64,000 nucleotides of DNA from Camelus dromedarius (lineage: Eukaryota), in assembly GCF_036321535.1 (NCBI RefSeq), contig NC_087437.1, positions 101,248,001 through 101,312,000 on the forward strand. Direction: 5' to 3'. Made by a program: the position numbers and the translations under genes. The notes beneath the pieces are model-generated. The model searched no databases, was not told the origin of the DNA, and worked only from the letters and a program-made list of their open reading frames with translations. Below are positions 1 to 11,990 of the stretch, in pieces. The stretch's first letter is position 1, and every line of letters begins with the position of its first letter.

Positions 1-560
1 TTTTCAGCGTTCGGCCAGTATTCAAAATCACGAGGCTGGATGATATTATCAAAGGAATGTGTTGAATGTTAATTAAAAAGGGGAGAGGAAAAAGGATCAA
101 ACATATTGAACAGGACTGAAAAGGGATTTCCAACAATGAGTAGTTAGGACTTGGGGAAGTGAAGATGAAATCAACAATGCGGACAAAGAAGGCATGATCT
201 GCGACACTGGGAGAAAACCAAGACACTGTGGTATTCTGTAAGCTATGTGAACAAAATTTATCAAAGAGAAGGAAGTGATCAACTGTGTTACCTGATCCTA
301 ACATACTGAGCAAAATAAACCTTGAATGCAGTGGTTTGAAGAAGGTAGTTTACAAAAAGGGTAATTGGAAACAGAACATAACAAAAAGCCATTACAAAGA
401 GTTTTGCTACAAAGAAAAGGACCAGGGCAATACCTGGGAGGGGAAGTGTAGTCAGTAGAAGCATTATTATTAAGGTTGATATTTCTGATTTTGAAGATGG
501 AAGGAATAGCAACTTCTCTGGATACTTATGGGAATAAACCCAGAAAGGCAACATTACTGA
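1..560 (-). mobile_element. L2 LINE fragment (degenerate ORF2)
   Basis: Purine-rich segment with GGGAGAAAACCAAGACACTGTGGTATTCTGTAAGC...GAAGGAAGTGATCAACTGTGT, resembling the reverse complement of recalled L2 consensus. Boundaries approximate. Confidence 0.7.
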
Positions 561-2240
561 TGTAGGTCAGAAAGAAAAGAATTGTTAGAGGCCTGTAGAA
601 CGTTCAGCTCTACCTGGAATATTCTCCATGTTACACAGAGGAGAATAAAGTCTGAAGATGGAGTAGAACCTATCCAGAGCCAGATCTTTAAACCCTTGTT
701 GAATTATTTCAACTGCCCCACATAGCTTCAAATAATCCAAAGAACAAATATAACTCATGTTTGCTGATTGATTGGATGCTACCTCCATGATGTTATAAAT
801 TTTTCTGCCCTGTTGGGAGTGCAGTGCTCTTAAATACACATATATTTTGAGAAAGAAGCTATTTTTTTATACCTACTCCTTCCTAAAGAAGAGGAGAAAA
901 TGGCACTATTTATAGGAAGATAAAGAAAGAGAACACTTTATGAAGGCATATGTTTTAAATTAGATGAAGACATAAATCTGTTGCTGAAATTACCTGCAAA
1001 TATATGGACTAAACTATATAGCTCAAGACAATACAACACAAATCAGGTAGAAAATTATTCGCCTATAAATCTTAATCTCCTACGATTTTATTTTCTCTCA
1101 TCTATTTGCTATGTGGCACTCCTGAATTTTCGGTGCTAGGTCTATTACTTGGAAATAGGCTTGCCTAATAAAACTGACATTTCTAAAGGGCTGTTTTCAT
1201 AGAATCATGTTCCTGCTTCTGAGATCTCTAATTCAACACCATTGACATAGCCTCAATTCTTTGCAGGGTACAATATCAGGAACAAAGGGAGAAATAAAAA
1301 TAAAAAGAAGAGAAGACATGAGAGTAGGGATAAACTCTTAAAGCTGTTTTATGCCTCATAATTCAAAAAGTTAAGAAGTTCTCTTATATCGAAGCCAGAT
1401 TTCTCCATTTTCACACTATTGCTGGTTCTCTATCAGCGACAGGCAAAATCAGGCAGACTTTTAAATTATTTTTGGATAAGTTCTCCTCTTTAACAAAATC
1501 TTGCTAACTTTTTTTTTCAACTCCAGGTTTTATCTCAAATAATGGATTGATTATATACTAGATACACTCAGTTTTCATGGAAGTAGTGAAAATGCAATAT
1601 TTCCAGTCTAAAAGCATTGCATAAAATAGTAATAATGACTCATCTGAAAGCATCTCTTAGTCAACTCTTATGAAATTCACACTAGCCAAATTATTCTATT
1701 TCATTCAATTATATCATTTCAGTATTTCCAGTGGAAGGCAGAATTTCAGCCAAGCTGTGGCGAGATACTTCATCTTAATGAAAAACATCATCTTTTCAAA
1801 AGGCTGCCTGTGTGTGATGACATCTTGACCTTTAGGCATTCCATACATTATACTTCAAGCATCCCAGTCAAATGTGTTCTTTAAATAATTCTATATTTTA
1901 ATCTTTTACACCAGCTCTATCTCAGTTTCAGGAAAGATAATTTGCCTTTATTAAATAATTTTAGATGCCACAAACTTTCACTCTCACTGTTAAGACATAT
2001 GAATTAACTATTTAGAAAAAAAGTAAATTATGAGCAAAATATAGTACATCAGGCTTTTTAAAGAAATATTTAAAGAACTAGTTTACATAATGTTGGTAAG
2101 CGACAAAAACAAGATATGTTTCAAATAAAGTTGGTTATTATTGGGTTAAGTGCAAGTCGTTTCTTGGTACCAGATTTATGATTGCTTTTAAACCTTTAAA
2201 CACAGAGTGCTCAGTGACTGTTGAGTAAGAAATACATTAC

Positions 2241-2330
2241 ACAGTACATCCTAAACTTATTTGACCGTGGAACCCATACTTCTCGGAGCATTTTGCCAGA
2301 ATAGGGTTCTGACAAAATTTTTAAAGTCAG
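2241..2330. mobile_element. Possible short hAT/Charlie-type MITE fragment
   Basis: CAGTACATCCTAAACTTATTTGACCGTGGAACCC resembles the end of hAT-Charlie MER elements. Weak and short. Confidence 0.35.
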
Positions 2331-4016
2331 TGTGAATAAAACCAGGAATAGCACCTTTTGCAAAATTTAACACTTATAGACGTTATTTTATTTTCCTTTC
2401 TTTCCTCTCAAATGCAAGCAAATCTTTTAGGGACAATGAATAATTTAAAATAAACTAATTATATCTTGAGTGCAAAAAATGATTCTTTAAGATACTGATT
2501 GAAGCCTCCTTTGCTTGCTATTTTATTTGCTGATTTTATCAATGATATACTGAACTGAAGTAATATTCAACTTCTATTTACTTATTTATAAATCTAAGAT
2601 AGCTTAAAGATATTGCCCAAAATATTTCTTGTTATTACCTTAATCAAAATGTTATCATTGCAGTTTATTTTTCTTTCTCTCTGGATAAAAGAATTGCAAA
2701 TATCTGTGGTCATTACTAGAGAGATTGGGTCTGTGTGAAAAATTTAGGCTTATAATCTCCATTACATTGTTCCTTTTTTTTTAAAAAAGGGAGGTTATTT
2801 AATGATTTTCGTCTCACAGAGATTTCTGTATAAGCATTTCAATGTCATAAGAAGACAATTATATACAAAAATTGAAATTGTCTAATAAGAATTCTCACAA
2901 AAGCATGTGTTACAAAATGAGAAGATGTTTGATGTTGTGTATAGCATTTATCTTCCTGCCTACTATTTTCCAGGCCATGATGAAGTGACAGTAGATAGAT
3001 TCTTTGCAAAAGAATCAAAGGCTGATGAATTCAGCAAAGCAGGCTACACATATACACTAATACACACAGATTTTTTTAATAGCCATTTAAAATTTTTATA
3101 TGAACTTACATGAAATTAAATGAAATTAATTCTATTTATACATTTATACTCAATATAAAGTAGGTAAACGGTATCATCATTTCTCATTGATTTTTACCAT
3201 TGACACTGACTACAAACCCTTCCTTTTTTATTGTCTACCTTGAAATATTTCTGTCACAAGAAAGGAAATCAGATGTTTTGCTGAGACAAAATTATATTGA
3301 GAATGTATATGAAATACATCTTTAATTTTTGAGAATTTTAATATATTGTAAGATAACATTTCATTAGGCTTAGGAAAATAATTTTTTTCTGATGAATTTA
3401 TAGTTCAACTGTTTTTGATTTACGATTTAAATGACAAATATTCAGATAACCAACAAATTGGGGATTTTAAAATGTTGGGTTTTTTGGTTGGCTTGTTTGC
3501 TTATTGTTTGTGTTCTTTTAAAGAGGTAAGAAGAATTTTTTTTTTAATTACCAGTATTTTTCCAGATAATTAAAGAGACAAAAAATATGTGAAATAGTCA
3601 TCTCAGCTCTAGTATTGATATTCTTTTGGTCTTATGTGAACACTCACTGAGTCCTGATCTCCAGACTTTAAAAATACCCTCATGGGCTCAAATATTACAG
3701 AGGTTAAAGACAGATGTATTGCTTTACTGTTATGTTATTAAATCAAGAAAATCTGATTTTAGAAAAATTGGAAGATGTTTTGAGATTAAAGTAAACGGGA
3801 CGCTGATGTGTGGGCTTGGCTCATGTGAACCTAATAGTTCATCATCTTTCATATTAAACCTTCTGAAGTTTCAGAATCAGAGGAGCACTAAATAATTTTA
3901 AGCTGTATCTGTTTTGTTGCTGTTTTATTTTCTTTTGTTTTAATTACATTATAAATAGATGACCCTATTCAGCAGTCTTTCCACTGGCACATATGTTCCC
4001 CTCCGATCTGTGGTTG

Positions 4017-4480
4017 TATATCATGCACAACCTGACCAAGAAAGTGGAGACCAGCACCAGTACCTAATACAGAGTGAATTCAATGCAAGGGATTGATTAC
4101 ACAAGTGATGCAAGAGCTAAGAAAACAAGAGATTGGCAGAGCAAATCAGAGATTAACTGAAGAGAAATCCACTCTCCTCCCCAGAGTGACGGGGAATGAG
4201 GATTTGTAACTGGTGCCAGAAGCCCAGGTCTCCTCGCAGTGTCTGGATATACAGCATGTGCTTCCCTGGAAAGCTAAAGGAGATAAAGATTCTCCCAAAG
4301 GCAGAGAGAAAGGGTAAGAAAAGCCCCGCCTTCCCTTTTCTCTTTTCCATTAGTGAAAGCTGGCTGGAAGCCCGCTGACATGGGGAGATGCAGTCGCTGA
4401 AGTTAGCGCCTCTGGAATGTGAAGAACAGTGGAACAGGGTAAGGAAAGGCTCTGAGGTCAAACAGGCACATAGATAGCAC
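4017..4480 (-). mobile_element. Old LTR fragment (ERVL-type, family uncertain)
   Basis: GC-elevated island starting TGTATATCATGCACAACCTGACCAAGAAAGTGGAGACCAGCACC...GAATTCAATGCAAGGGATTGATTACAC, similar to the reversed ends of old ERVL LTRs. Confidence 0.5.
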
Positions 4481-4768
4481 ATTTATACTAAATTCTTATA
4501 TAATGCACAGCCTCATTCAAACAAGTAATAGAAGGAGAAAAGGAAAATAAATAAATATACAATAAATATCAATAAATGAATGAATCTATATGTATGTGAG
4601 TATAAAAAGCTTCCCAGAACATCAGACAGACTCCAGACATAGTGCTCCTTCCCTGCTTTATGTACTGTAAACATTTGTGTCACATTAGGATGCACAGAAG
4701 CTCCCAGAGAATTTCTAACAAATGCAGATCCTCTTCCTCTTCTCTCCTACCCCAAAGACACTCACACT

Positions 4769-4796
4769 CACACACACACACACACACACACACACA
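4769..4796 (+). repeat. (CA)n microsatellite
   Basis: Uninterrupted CA run seen directly. Confidence 0.97.
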
Positions 4797-5009
4797 GATG
4801 AAGATTTGGGAGTGATTAGGGATTAGAATTTGATGCATTTGGTCCACAAATTTTACACTGGGAGACACTTTTTACCAAAAGCCCTAGTTTTGAGTTAAAT
4901 AAAATAATTTTGTCTTTCAAGAACAGTAGAAACCATCTTGCCCTGATTTTTTTGTTTGAAAACCATCTGCTTCATGTTTCCTGATCACTTTCAACCCTTA
5001 TGTTCCAAG

Positions 5010-5435
5010 CTCTCTTACTTGGAAATAGACTTGAACTGCATATTTCTTAGGCGGGTAGTTTCTTGGGGAATGCTTCTGGGATCTGCTGCTTTAAAATGGA
5101 AAGGAAGGAAGCCAGACTGGGCAAAAGAGAAGGCGACTCGTGATGCAGACTCAGCAAAGGCTTCAGCCGGGGCCCTAAGTGCACTAAAGCTCCAGTGTTT
5201 ACTGGAAGTCATCCCACAAAGTGGTGAGGGAGCAGGGCCTTAAACTCCCGCAACATACACTAGTGATTAGATGTTGGCTGCTCTGGAAATGGGATCTGGC
5301 CTCAGATCAAGCAAAGCTCTTCAGAGCAGGGCAGTGCCCAGAGGTGACAGACAGTTGCCAGCATACCCAGCTGCTGAATGGCCAGTCCTTCAGTCCTGAG
5401 GCAAATCCTGGCAGTGCATGAGAACACCAACTATA
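5010..5435 (-). mobile_element. LTR16-family ERVL solo LTR
   Basis: GGAAGGAAGCCAGACTGGGCAAAAGAGAAG...TGATGCAG...AAAGGCTTCAGCC...CTTCAGTCCTGA matches reversed LTR16A/C motifs. Confidence 0.75.
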
Positions 5436-5980
5436 TTTTTTTTGTATTCAAATTCTGTATTTTCTTTAAATCTTTTTCCCCCCAACAAGTCTGGTTCCCT
5501 ATAGCCACTTCCTTCTTTATGTGTCTACATACATTTCATTTGGGAACCATCAGCGACTTTCCCATTTTGTGATATTAACATACACATAGATATATGTGTG
5601 GAGAATAAATTCTGCATGAATATACATATTTCAGTTCTCCACACATAAGCCACTTGTCCCTTAGGAGGAAGAACAGCAATGTAGAGTTATTTGAATAGGC
5701 ATACAGTTAATACTAAATTAATGCTTGTTAGAGAATATTGCATTTATATTTTATTTTTATATATGTGTGAAGAACAGTGAAATTTGGTAGCTAGATGTAT
5801 TTTTGGTTTATTGAATGTTAAATATTGCTTTAAAATGCATATATAATTAAACAAATTTTTGAAGATTTGTGATGAGTAGGTAAGGTCATTGTACAATCTT
5901 TCTACTTTGTGTATTTTTCAAAATAACCTTAATTTTAAATTTTATATCAGAAACAAAATACATGCAAAATGTAAAAGCTG

Positions 5981-6443
5981 GTGAATTAAATTTCTCTGGA
6001 GAAACCGAACCAATAGGATACTGAAACACACGCACACACACACATTTATTTGGAGGCGGAGGAGTCCCACCATCTGCCATCTGAAGATGGAGACCCAAGG
6101 AAACCAGAGGGGTAACTAAGCCTGAGACCAAAGGCTTGAGAATCAGGGGAGCTGATGGTGTAAGTCCTAGACTGAGGTCAGGGAAGATGAGACGAGATGT
6201 TCCTGCTCAAACAGTAAGGAAGGAGAAAGCAGGGCATATCCCTCCCTCCTCTGCCTTTTGTTCTAGTCCCTCTCTCAGGTGATTGGCTAATGCCCACCCA
6301 GACTGGGGAGGGCCATCTACTTACTGAGTTCACTGATTCAAATGCTAATTTCATCCAGAAACAGCCTTACAGACCCACTCTCATAATGTTTAACTTGGGC
6401 ACCCAAGGGCCACTCAAGTTAACACGTAAAATTAATCATCACA
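5981..6443 (-). mobile_element. MLT2 (ERVL) solo LTR
   Basis: Starts TTCTCTGGAGAAACCGAACCAATAGGATA and ends CAAGTTAACACGTAAAATTAATCATCACA, the reversed MLT2 termini. Confidence 0.9.
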
Positions 6444-9422
6444 GACACTATCTTTCTTTGGTATAATACAAGGAAAAGATGATAGCAGATGACAATTTAA
6501 TTCATATTGAATTATTTTTTTCAATATATGAGTAATAAAAAAAATAAAATTCTGAGTAAGGTGTTTATAGCCAACTTTCAATTAACCTTAAAAAAATCTT
6601 AAATTAGATTTATGAACAAGAAAACATCCTATACACCAAGAAAATATTAAAAGTTCATATATAATAGATATAAAACAACAAGATCTGTCAAATCAAATTA
6701 TAGGGATGGCTTCAATCCAATAAGAGGTCATCAGTATTTGATGTGCTTTTATATTTACATAACTGAATTTAAACTAGTTCACTTCTGCTGCCTCCTCATT
6801 TTAGCTTATTCATCCGTGGTTCTTATACACTAACAGCATTCATTTTGCAAGTAAAATCCCTCAAGCTTTCTTTCATTTTCTACTTTCCACTTACAGGTCT
6901 GTACCCAGAGAAACACACAATGCTAGAGTGACTGTTAGAGGAACACTGAATACTAAATAGTCACTATGAACACAGACATTGCAACTTCAAATTTAGTGTT
7001 TATTAAATGTCACCTGATTTTAATCTGACCTTCCTATTCTTATGCAACTTACCTAACTTGCATAAGAATTTCCTGATTTTTGCTAAATCCATTTCATGTT
7101 TGTAAAGGATTATTATAGGTTGCTTAAAACACAAGGCTGGCTAGAAGGTTAATGACAGATTTGCTTTGCAAAATGTCACACAAATTGATACCATTAGACT
7201 GGCCTCGGTCCAACAGTAATTTATCTGTAAATATAATAATACTCTAATCAATTCTAATCTACAAATATCTGAAAATGGCCTTTGTCCTTGTAACTTGTGA
7301 ATTCTGCTGCTGAGTGGAAAAATCAGCATGGAATGAAGAGAGAATTTGGTTCGCAAACACTCTAATCACGGAGTCAGAACAGTCAAAGGAAAAGGAAATA
7401 TATACTTGTATATCTCCCTGTGTGGTGCCTGCCACTTATTTTAAACCACTTTGATGCATGGAACAAAGAAATAACCATTTTTTATGTATCTCTTGTCTTG
7501 AAGATGGGGTTACCTCTTCTAATAGAGGTTGATTCTTAGCAAGATATTTGCATTTCCTATGGAGAAGATGGAGATTATATAATGATTTCATGAACTAATC
7601 TGAACAGTAAGGGAAGCCAAGCAGAGCCCACCAACAATAGATATTGTAATTTCATTGACAAGAATTCCTTTGCAGTAGACTTCTCTGCTTCTGCAAGGTA
7701 GTCACATAACCTTCCTTCAATTGCCTTAGATATGAAGGGCAGATAGTCGAATTCATGGTAACTTGTCAATCAAAGTGACTCCAATGTTTGTGGTTCACAA
7801 ACCAATATCTGTCTTTGTTAACAGTATTTTCTCAGGCTAGACACTTTTTTTTTTTTTTTAAGCTGGATCAGGAAAAACACAAGTGCTGATGCGATGCAAA
7901 GAGAGCCAATATCTTTTTATGTGAAGTTGTGGAAGGTTTTGTTCACCAGAAATTCTTACATAAGAATGAAGAATAACACTTCTTGGGAGAATTCATGTGC
8001 CAAGTCCTCTGAAACACCTGTCCTACTGCTGTTCTAGGGCCTCTGGGGGTGGGGGCTCACGGAGAGACATCACAAGTGAGACAGAGTTGTAAGATTTTCA
8101 TGGTGGCCTCAGTGTGAGACTCCGTGAAGAAGAAACAGTGTCTAGGGAGGGCTTTGGTGAAAAATCACTTATGATATGCAAAGTGAAATTCTTGCTTCTA
8201 GACTCTCTAAAGATGACTTACAGTAACGATCGACTTTATTTTGTCTGCTTCTTCGTGACTCCGTGCTGATGTAAAGCCTTGTGATGGCTCTACCCAGAAT
8301 TAATAAGATTGCATTTCAAAAGATAACTGCCTCTAGTGAGCGAATCATACTACTTTTTGGTTTAAGCTTGAAATGAGATTAAAATTTTTTTCTAGGAGAA
8401 AATGATCTTGCAATAATATTGTTTGTGCCTTATGGACAAATGTCTTCATATAGTCTTGAATCTTATCCCTAGGAATCATTAGTGGGGTATGCAGTGTTTG
8501 GATTCCTAGTTAGATGAATCCAGAATCACTTCTCGGAAAGGAAGGAAATATATGAAAATAACACTGAGTATATCACCTATCGCCAGGTGGGCCAGAGAAC
8601 CAGAAGTAGAGAACATACAGTTAAGGAGCAGTGACTAAAATCGCACTGGAGAACTGACAGACGTGTAATACACTGACCACCACCCCCAGATATTAAGCAC
8701 TTCCGCTCATCTCGAGGACAGAGCTGGTGCTGGATCTGAAGAAAATCCAGCTTGCTGCGGTGACCACTGTTGTGAGTGAGAGGTCTTTAGTTTTCCAGTT
8801 TCTTTCAGTCACTGAGTTGTCTTTTAAAATCCAAACAAGTGTATTTGATCAGTGAAGCCTAGAGCTTGTGCATGCCTCTAAGGTGCAAGGAAGCCTGGTA
8901 GAGCAAAATTCTGCTATTTTTAGTGTCTATACTTTCAAGTGGACTGACTCACCATGCCCAAGGTCTCATAGGTTGGATATTAACCAAACAGAAGATGGGG
9001 TCATGAGAAGCTTCAGTGACAAGGATCATAAACGTGCTAGAGTCCATCTGATTGACCAAGCAACACCACATAAATCCTTTCTACATGTACACATGTGCAA
9101 CTCTCATTTAAGCAGCAAAAAATGTTCTTATTTCACACGTGGGATGCCTAAAATTCTCATCAGTTACTACATCTATCTCTTTAGGATGATCCCACTTTCC
9201 AAAATATTGGTGGCACGAATTATCATTTTGATATTTCCTAATGAATGGGCTAAATCAAAAAGTTAATTTTGATCAAGACATCTATGCGAAAGAGCAGACA
9301 TAAAGCATAGGAAAAAGAGGAAGCTGAACTATTTAAATATATGCACAAGACCTTGGTTCATGAGACAATATACAAAAATACATGAAGATGGTAAATATTT
9401 TATTTCTATTTTATATATATTA

Positions 9423-9641
9423 GTTTGTAAATACTGACTAATATATAGATAAATGACAAGTTCGTATTGGATAGCACAGGGAACTATATTTAATATCTTG
9501 TAGTAACTTATAGTGAAAAAGAATATGAAAATGAATATATGTATGTTCATGTATAACTGAAGCATTACGCTGTACACTGGAAATTGACACAACATTGTAA
9601 ACTGACTGTATGTCAATAAAAATATATATACAAGAAAAAAA
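9423..9641 (+). mobile_element. Young L1 3' end with A-rich tail (camelid/artiodactyl type)
   Basis: AGCACAGGGAACTATATTTAATATCTTGTAGTAAC...GAAATTGACACAACATTGTAAACTGAC...AATAAAAA. Confidence 0.85.
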
Positions 9642-10039
9642 GATTTCATTTCTGAACATGGTCACAAGGCAGGCTATTGTTATACTGTACTTTTAATTTC
9701 TCACCTTTGCTACTAGAGTGACTTCACTCCAGTTTTCTCAGCAAAATCATCATTTTTCACTTGCCATCCTGGTCTCCTTATGACACATTTATTCTGGGTT
9801 TTTAAAATATACTGCTTAAATATTGTCTTACCTGAACTGATACAGATTATTGAGGTTCCATTGTATTTCCATGGTTTTGTCTAGTACTGCGTGAGATACT
9901 TTAATATCTAAGTGTTAAAATTAGAAAACACCCACTAATAACCTTTCAGATGCAAAGTAACTAATACTTCTCTTTCAGGAGAGCATGAAGATCATAACTG
10001 ATAAATCCCACTCAGAAAAACCAGAGAAGGCTAACTTTT

Positions 10040-10179
10040 CTGTTTGTTTTGGGGGAGTGAGGGAGGAGGTGAGGCAATTAGGTTTATTTATTTATTATGT
10101 GGAGGTACTGGGGATTGAACCCAGGACCTCATGCATGCTAAGCACACACTCTACCACAGAACAATACCTCCCACCCCCG
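10040..10179 (-). mobile_element. tRNA-Ala-derived SINE (camelid Vic-1-like)
   Basis: GGAGGTACTGGGGATTGAACCCAGGACCTCATGCATGCTAAGCAC contains a reversed B box and anticodon arm. Flanked by a 19-bp TSD CCAGAGAAGGCTAA(C/A)TTTT at 10021-10039 and 10180-10198. Confidence 0.92.
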
Positions 10180-10884
10180 CCAGAGAAGGCTAAATTTTTA
10201 GGACTTAGGTCCGTAGGTGGTTGTGGGGCACATATTTGGTATCGCTGCCCCTGTTAGTCACGTGGCTTAGTTACAGGCCACCAGCTGGTCTATCAGCAGG
10301 AAATAGGGGCAGTCTTGCCAACGCACGTGAAATAGCAGCAGAGAAGAGTGTCTGAGGATTTTTGCCACACAACGTGTAGAGAGTAGTAGGACTGATGTTG
10401 TTGTAAATACATTTTTAGTTTGCAACTACATACCTTGATATCAATAAGCTGAAAGTTACATATTTAATGAAACATTAAGTACTGATCTTCCACTTCTCAG
10501 TGCAATCAAGGATACACATACCTTACATACAGTATTTTCCAGTGGGCCACAGTCGTGTCATTAAGCACATGAAAATAAGAAGACACAAAAACTGCAGAAA
10601 TAGCAACAGCATCTACTTGAAAATGTGTAGTTAATGAGAAAAAGTCTGTGACCCATCCTCTGTCTCTTAATGTAGTTGTTTGTCATGCAGTATACCTTTA
10701 ATAAAGCTTTTAAAAATTTAAAAAAAGTATTCAGCTCAAGTAGCTAGAAAAATGAGCAAATATATTCTAAACTTAACAAATACAATTATTTTCACAATTA
10801 AATGTAGAAATTATTAAATAGCAGACTTTATCCAGGATTTTTCTAAACAAGATCAGAAAGATAGAACAGACTTTGGTAAATCTA

Positions 10885-11050
10885 GGAAGAAAGAGAGAAA
10901 TAGAGAAAAACCAAAATAGAGAAACAGGGAAAGAAAGAAAAGAAAGAAAGAAAAGAAAAGAAAATGAGGAAAAGAAGAAAAAGTAGGAAAAAAGAGAGAA
11001 GAAAAGGAGGGGAGTAAGGGAAGAAGGAAAGGAAGAGGAAAGGAAGGAGG
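10885..11050 (+). repeat. GA-rich low-complexity polypurine tract
   Basis: About 165 bp almost entirely A/G, with GAAA/GGAA units. Confidence 0.9.
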
Positions 11051-11064
11051 CACCATGACCATGT

Positions 11065-11990
11065 TGTAAATGACAAAGGGAATGTAATTACAGATTAGGA
11101 AATCTTAAAAATAGTTTTTCAATAAATCTGATAATATATATTTCAATATGTTTGAAAATGCATACGCTAATATATTTAGTAGCCTAGAAAGAATGAATTA
11201 TTTCTTTGGAAAGGTAAATCATTAAATATAAATTTATTAATATTTATCTATATTCTACATATTTGATAACAAATTTAATTCAAGAGTCTATTAAAAACCT
11301 GAGTGGGCCAATGAATAACAAAAGGAAAAAGAAAGGAAAGAAGAAAGTGTATGCTCAAAGAAATGATTTGACCCATGTAATCGCTGAGGGTGCATTTATA
11401 TATGACATCAATAGCATGAATTTCATTTATCAAATGAAATACATCAGTTCACTATATTGAACAAAATAATTTCACTCATTTTTTCAATGCAAAGTTTTCT
11501 TAAGCATGTTTTAAATGTTATACAAATGTTGCAGATGTTAATAAATACTGGTTAATGAGTTGGCCTCATTTAGTGAAAAGGAAGCATTTACAAGTAATTA
11601 CATTATATCAGGTTTTCCAGGAGTAGCATCAGGTGCTTCAATTAGGCAATCAATTTTTGTAAATTATAATAAAGCAGCCAGTTCATGGAATCAAACAGGA
11701 GATTCAGAAATTTCATAAAGTCGACAAGGATAAAAAATGGAATTGTCTTTGAATTTATAGTAAAAAACCAAAATTTAATATTTGTAATGGTGAGATCATC
11801 TACACTGAATTAAAAAAGAAATGAACTAGAAATTTGTATCAAATGGATTGTGATGCAGACATCATACATGCATTCATATTTACATGTGTGGATATATACA
11901 TGCAAATATACATGTATATTTTCATGATGAAATTATGAACTACAACATCTTTGTGATGAAATTGATAAATACTAAAATAAGAATCATAAA
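11065..11990 (+). mobile_element. Highly degenerate old L1 (L1M) ORF2/3' fragments
   Basis: AAATGACAAAGGGAATGTAATTACAGAT, CAAGAGTCTATTAAAAACCTGAGTGGGCCAAT and CATGGAATCAAACAGGAGATTCAGAAAT resemble L1 ORF2 landmarks. Probably discontinuous. Confidence 0.45.

Noticed and set aside
2977..3025. C/D box snoRNA (ATGATGA...CTGA)
   Set aside because: Only about 50 nt with no terminal stem; too short and likely chance.
8868..9266. Longest ORF in the track (132 aa)
   Set aside because: Non-ATG start, no recognisable domain or splice context; this length can occur by chance in 64 kb across six frames.
10245..10312. Hammerhead ribozyme
   Set aside because: The three-way topology is present, but CUGAnGA and GAAA are not in the required junction positions on either strand.
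10853..11076. Phe/Leu/Ser-rich membrane-like ORFs
   Set aside because: Translation artefact of the GA-rich low-complexity tract.
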